From NCBI GenBank assembly GCA_030141605.1, contig JAQGDQ010001220.1:1-54366 (forward strand): a stretch of DNA of 54,366 nucleotides, written 5' to 3'. The DNA is from Tubiluchus corallicola. Lineage: Eukaryota; Animalia; Priapulida. Shown piece by piece: positions 50,755 to 54,366 of the stretch. A program made the position numbers and the translations under genes. Under the pieces are notes generated by a model. It ran no database searches. It was not told the DNA's origin and saw only the letters and a list, made by a program, of their open reading frames with translations. Every line of letters starts with the position of its first letter. Positions within the stretch are counted from its first letter, which is position 1.

Positions 50755-51449
50755 GTCTTGCTGTAGCCCTTATTTGGGAAAAGATTTGTGAACAACCGAA
50801 AGTAACTAAGCATCTCTGCTAGTTCATATAGACATCTTTGCCTCGTCTTATAGATTTCTTTAATGACGAGAGGGATCCCGACGCAATCACTGCCGTTGAA
50901 TGCTAGTAAACTCTACTTGTGTAAAAACATGGCTACAAAAACATACCGAAAATTTATTATATTTTTAATTAAATGTGATTCTGTTTCCTATCGCATTATT
51001 CAGGCGCGTCTGCAAACAACTGATGAATGAACGAAAGTTAAGACGATAAATAAAGAATGCATTGACAAAAGAAAGTCACGAGATCGCGTACAGTTAGCGT
51101 TGAAGTAAATTCTTTTATAAATTACCCAATTAAAGCTTACCAATAAACCGTAAGCGTGGGAGTAAAAATTTACACGTGATAGAGCTATTTAGATTTTTGA
51201 GAACTTGTGAAGTTTATTCGTGCTTGTGTAATTTTTATTGGTACCGTTTATTGGTAGCCACCTGGTCAAATATTAAGCGTCTAACAAAGAATGATCAATT
51301 TCAAAGAAACGTGTTGAAAATGACAATCCGCCCAGCCATTACAGGAAACTACAAAAGTTGCCAACGTTGTAAGAGTCTTTTCGAAGTCGTTTGTTGCTTC
51401 TTTTTGTCATTTTCAACGACGTGGTGTATTACAGCGCTTGCGCCGTTAA

Positions 51450-51867
51450 CCCTTTCAGTCCCAAATTATTTTTCTAATAAGAAACAATTTTTTGGCTTGG
51501 TACTTTTGTTCAGTATATCCATCTTGTTTACACATAATAATTATTTTTTTCTACCATTGGAATACATTGGGATTCAATGGAAGCATAAAATGTGCTTCAT
51601 TTTGCTACTGTTGATAATTTTTTAAAGTATTTAACACATTTAGTATGCATGTTATGCTGATCTGTACAAAGTCGTCTCTAAAGTACTGTACCTTGCACAG
51701 TTTTTTATGCTATGTAGATTTTCTAGTTTGCCATTTTATCACCATTTTTAGTCTATTGTTATTGGTTTAAATCAAAATAACTATTAACAGATCAAATAAC
51801 TGTCAGTTTTAAAATTTTATTAATTTTAAAGGCAGAAAATATTCTCGTATCCCACGGGTTGAAAGGG
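51450..51867. mobile_element. piggyBac-type MITE, copy 2 (inverted relative to copy 1)
   Basis: TTAA|ccctttca ... tgaaaggg|TTAA; internal match to 35172-35628. Confidence 0.92.
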
Positions 51868-51987
51868 TTAAACAACGTCCATTTTTCCAAAGCAATCCAC
51901 GTTAATTCACCTGTTAATCTCTGCTCTGGACTAAAGTTACGAATCAAGATTTTTAATCAAAAGGAATGAAAACGTAACCAAGTTTAC

Positions 51988-52244
51988 CTTTGTTCATCAC
52001 GTGACCAAATACTGTATCATTCTGCGTAGACACTGTGCAGTTCCATCGTTCGAATTTGAACTGGTACTGGCATTCTACAATACCCCTGCGCGCCCCTTCG
52101 CTTACAAATGGTATCGTCTGCGGCCTCTCCTTGCACACCTGAAGTTGTGACGTCACTAGACCTGGATACTCCGCGCAGACGCGATCCAGATTGTCTGGAG
52201 GAATGTCGGACGGTGGGGCGGCAACCGACACCACTCCCAAGTAC
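51988..52244 (-). CDS. Wnt16: Wnt16, probable second exon (YLGVVSVAAPP...EGARRGIVECQYQFKFERWNC...VFGHVMNKG)
   Basis: ttttgaag| acceptor and G|gtaaac donor, phase 1 onto 34504; ECQYQF..ERWNC motif; signal-peptide exon not found in the window. Confidence 0.95.
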
Positions 52245-52698
52245 CTTCAAAACAAATAAACAAACAAATTTATAAAAGCAGATTTTTTTACTAACAAATA
52301 CAAGAATTACCACAACAAACGATAATTTTCACTTTAACTTTAACTGTTTTGCATTTAACATGGAGAAGACAGCTAGATTTTGCAGAGTGACACAGCTAAA
52401 GGCACGGTTACACTGGGCCGCGACAACGGCGAACGGTTTTTGCAACATGGCTGTTTGGTGAACGTTGGATTTTTCGGACAGCCACCGAAATCGCGAACCC
52501 TGTCAAAATCTGGCGTAAGGGGAGCTGTTCTGCGAGCCTCCATTTGCACAAAGTTTCTTTGTTCAGATGTATAACGTTTTTTAAGTCGTTTTTCTTTGTC
52601 TTTTGTAATTTCTTTCCATAATAGTTTATAAAATAAATAAAACTTTGCTGCGTTTATCACAAGCTTTGCGCTAAAATCTTGCCTTATAAGCTTGACAC

Positions 52699-53194
52699 TA
52701 TAGGTTTTACACGCCAAATGTAGACACGGGAAAGTTCAAATGTGACTTAGGTAAGTCAATTGTAGACATAGGAATTTCGAATGTGTTTTGGTAACTCAAA
52801 TGTGACTTAGGTAAGTCAAATTAAATTGAAATTAAAGAAGATTAAATTTAACATCCTTAAACTTTAACACCTATCCACATTTGAGATACCAATGTCACAT
52901 TTAACTTGACATGTGTCTACATTTGACTTACCAAAAACGCTCAAGATTTGTGGAAAACCATTGTTAACACATTTGAACTACCTAAGTCTACATTTGAGTT
53001 ACCAAGACACATTTGAATTACCTAAGTCTACATTTGAGTTACCAAGACACATTTGAATTACCAAAGTCTACATTTGAGTTACCAAGACACATTTGAACTA
53101 CCTAAATCTACATTTGAGTTACCAAGACACATTTGAACTACCTAAATCTACATTTGAGTTAACGCAGGTCTACATTTGACATGTAAAACCTATA
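52699..53194. mobile_element. Foldback-like element, copy 3 (compact form)
   Basis: tataggttttacac ... atgtaaaacctata; same core as copy 1 with few arm modules. Confidence 0.88.
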
Positions 53195-54158
53195 TTTTAA
53201 GCTCATTCCTTGATGTTTTCCCTTCCATTCTAACTAAAATTATGCGCAGTAATAGCAATGATAAATTAATTAATGTATATAATAATTTGTTCCTAAATAA
53301 TTATTATGAACATTGCGTATAACTAATTAATAAAACTATAATTATGTTACTACGTTTATAGCCTGGACAGGCTGTACATTTTTATCCTAACACTTACACG
53401 TTTTTTGTCAAATTGTTACACGAAAACTAGATATAGTATTTTGATTGAATCTAAATATGTAATCTAATCTAAATCTAATCTATAAATGTAATCTAAAAAG
53501 AATAAACAAATCTAGAGACACTTGTTGATCCAATATGCCGCTGCGGCATTTCTGAACAAAAAGCTCGTTTGTTAAAAGCTATTAGACTTTTATTCAGCAA
53601 AACTGAACATTCCTTTTAAAAATCTTTTTTTTGCTTATTGATGTTGATTAGGTTAAAATGTTGATTTTTTAGAGAGCAAAAATAAACGCCTAGAAAACTC
53701 TCTAGGCATCTACTCTGTTTTATGGACGGAGAGGCTGTGTACAACTTTTCAACTCACATCAGAGATCAAAGGAGCCGCTTTTAACTTGAACTATTAGCCG
53801 ACAACTCAGGTATGGCTGAGATAAACATTATTTCACAGGTAAGTGGTATCTAAGAGCAGAAACGTCACCACGTGTACATATAGTTCATCATAACGAATAT
53901 TTATCTTGTAAATGTGTGCATAATGAGTTTTGTATATTAATTTGACATAGGATTTATTAAATTTATAATAAATTTACTGAATAAATCGTACACATAATGC
54001 GCAAAACAAAAACTGGTCTAAAGTAATTTAAATTAAATGCAATTTAAATTAAATCCACACGAGCATAATTATATTTGACGTTATGATTTTTTCTCGAAAA
54101 TAATGTTGAAATTAAGGCTGAGACACTTTAATTTTTATAGCTAGAATTCAATCCATCC

Positions 54159-54159
<1 letters not shown>

Positions 54160-54251
<92 letters not shown>

Positions 54252-54268
54252 CTTTTTTTTTTTTTTTT

Positions 54269-54366
<98 letters not shown>
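54160..54366. repeat. (CAAT)n microsatellite interrupted by poly-T
   Basis: Seen directly. Confidence 0.95.

Overview
AT-rich, repeat-dense nuclear DNA from an invertebrate animal with spliced GT-AG genes; the species cannot be determined from the sequence. Three protein-coding loci can be assembled from splice sites and reading-frame phases. (1) The 3' end of an SLC41/MgtE-family Mg2+ transporter (+ strand, 1916-9971), whose last coding exon occurs twice in tandem as two intact, diverged alternatives; a ~1.3 kb copy of its downstream region also sits upstream of these exons. (2) A divergent Q50 PRD-class homeobox gene (- strand, ~23219-14005), whose last exon stays in one coding-like frame through a TAG and a TAA to a TGA at 13768. 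(3) Wnt16 (- strand, five exons 52244-30914; first exon not found in the window). The rest is MITEs (hAT, pogo/Tigger-like, piggyBac, a Foldback-like family), tRNA- and 5S-derived SINEs, RTE and CR1/L2-like LINE fragments, two solo LTRs, and many mini- and microsatellites, several visibly derived from transposon ends. Most long ORFs in the supplied track are repeat artefacts. All calls were made by eye with no database searches, and repeat boundaries are approximate.
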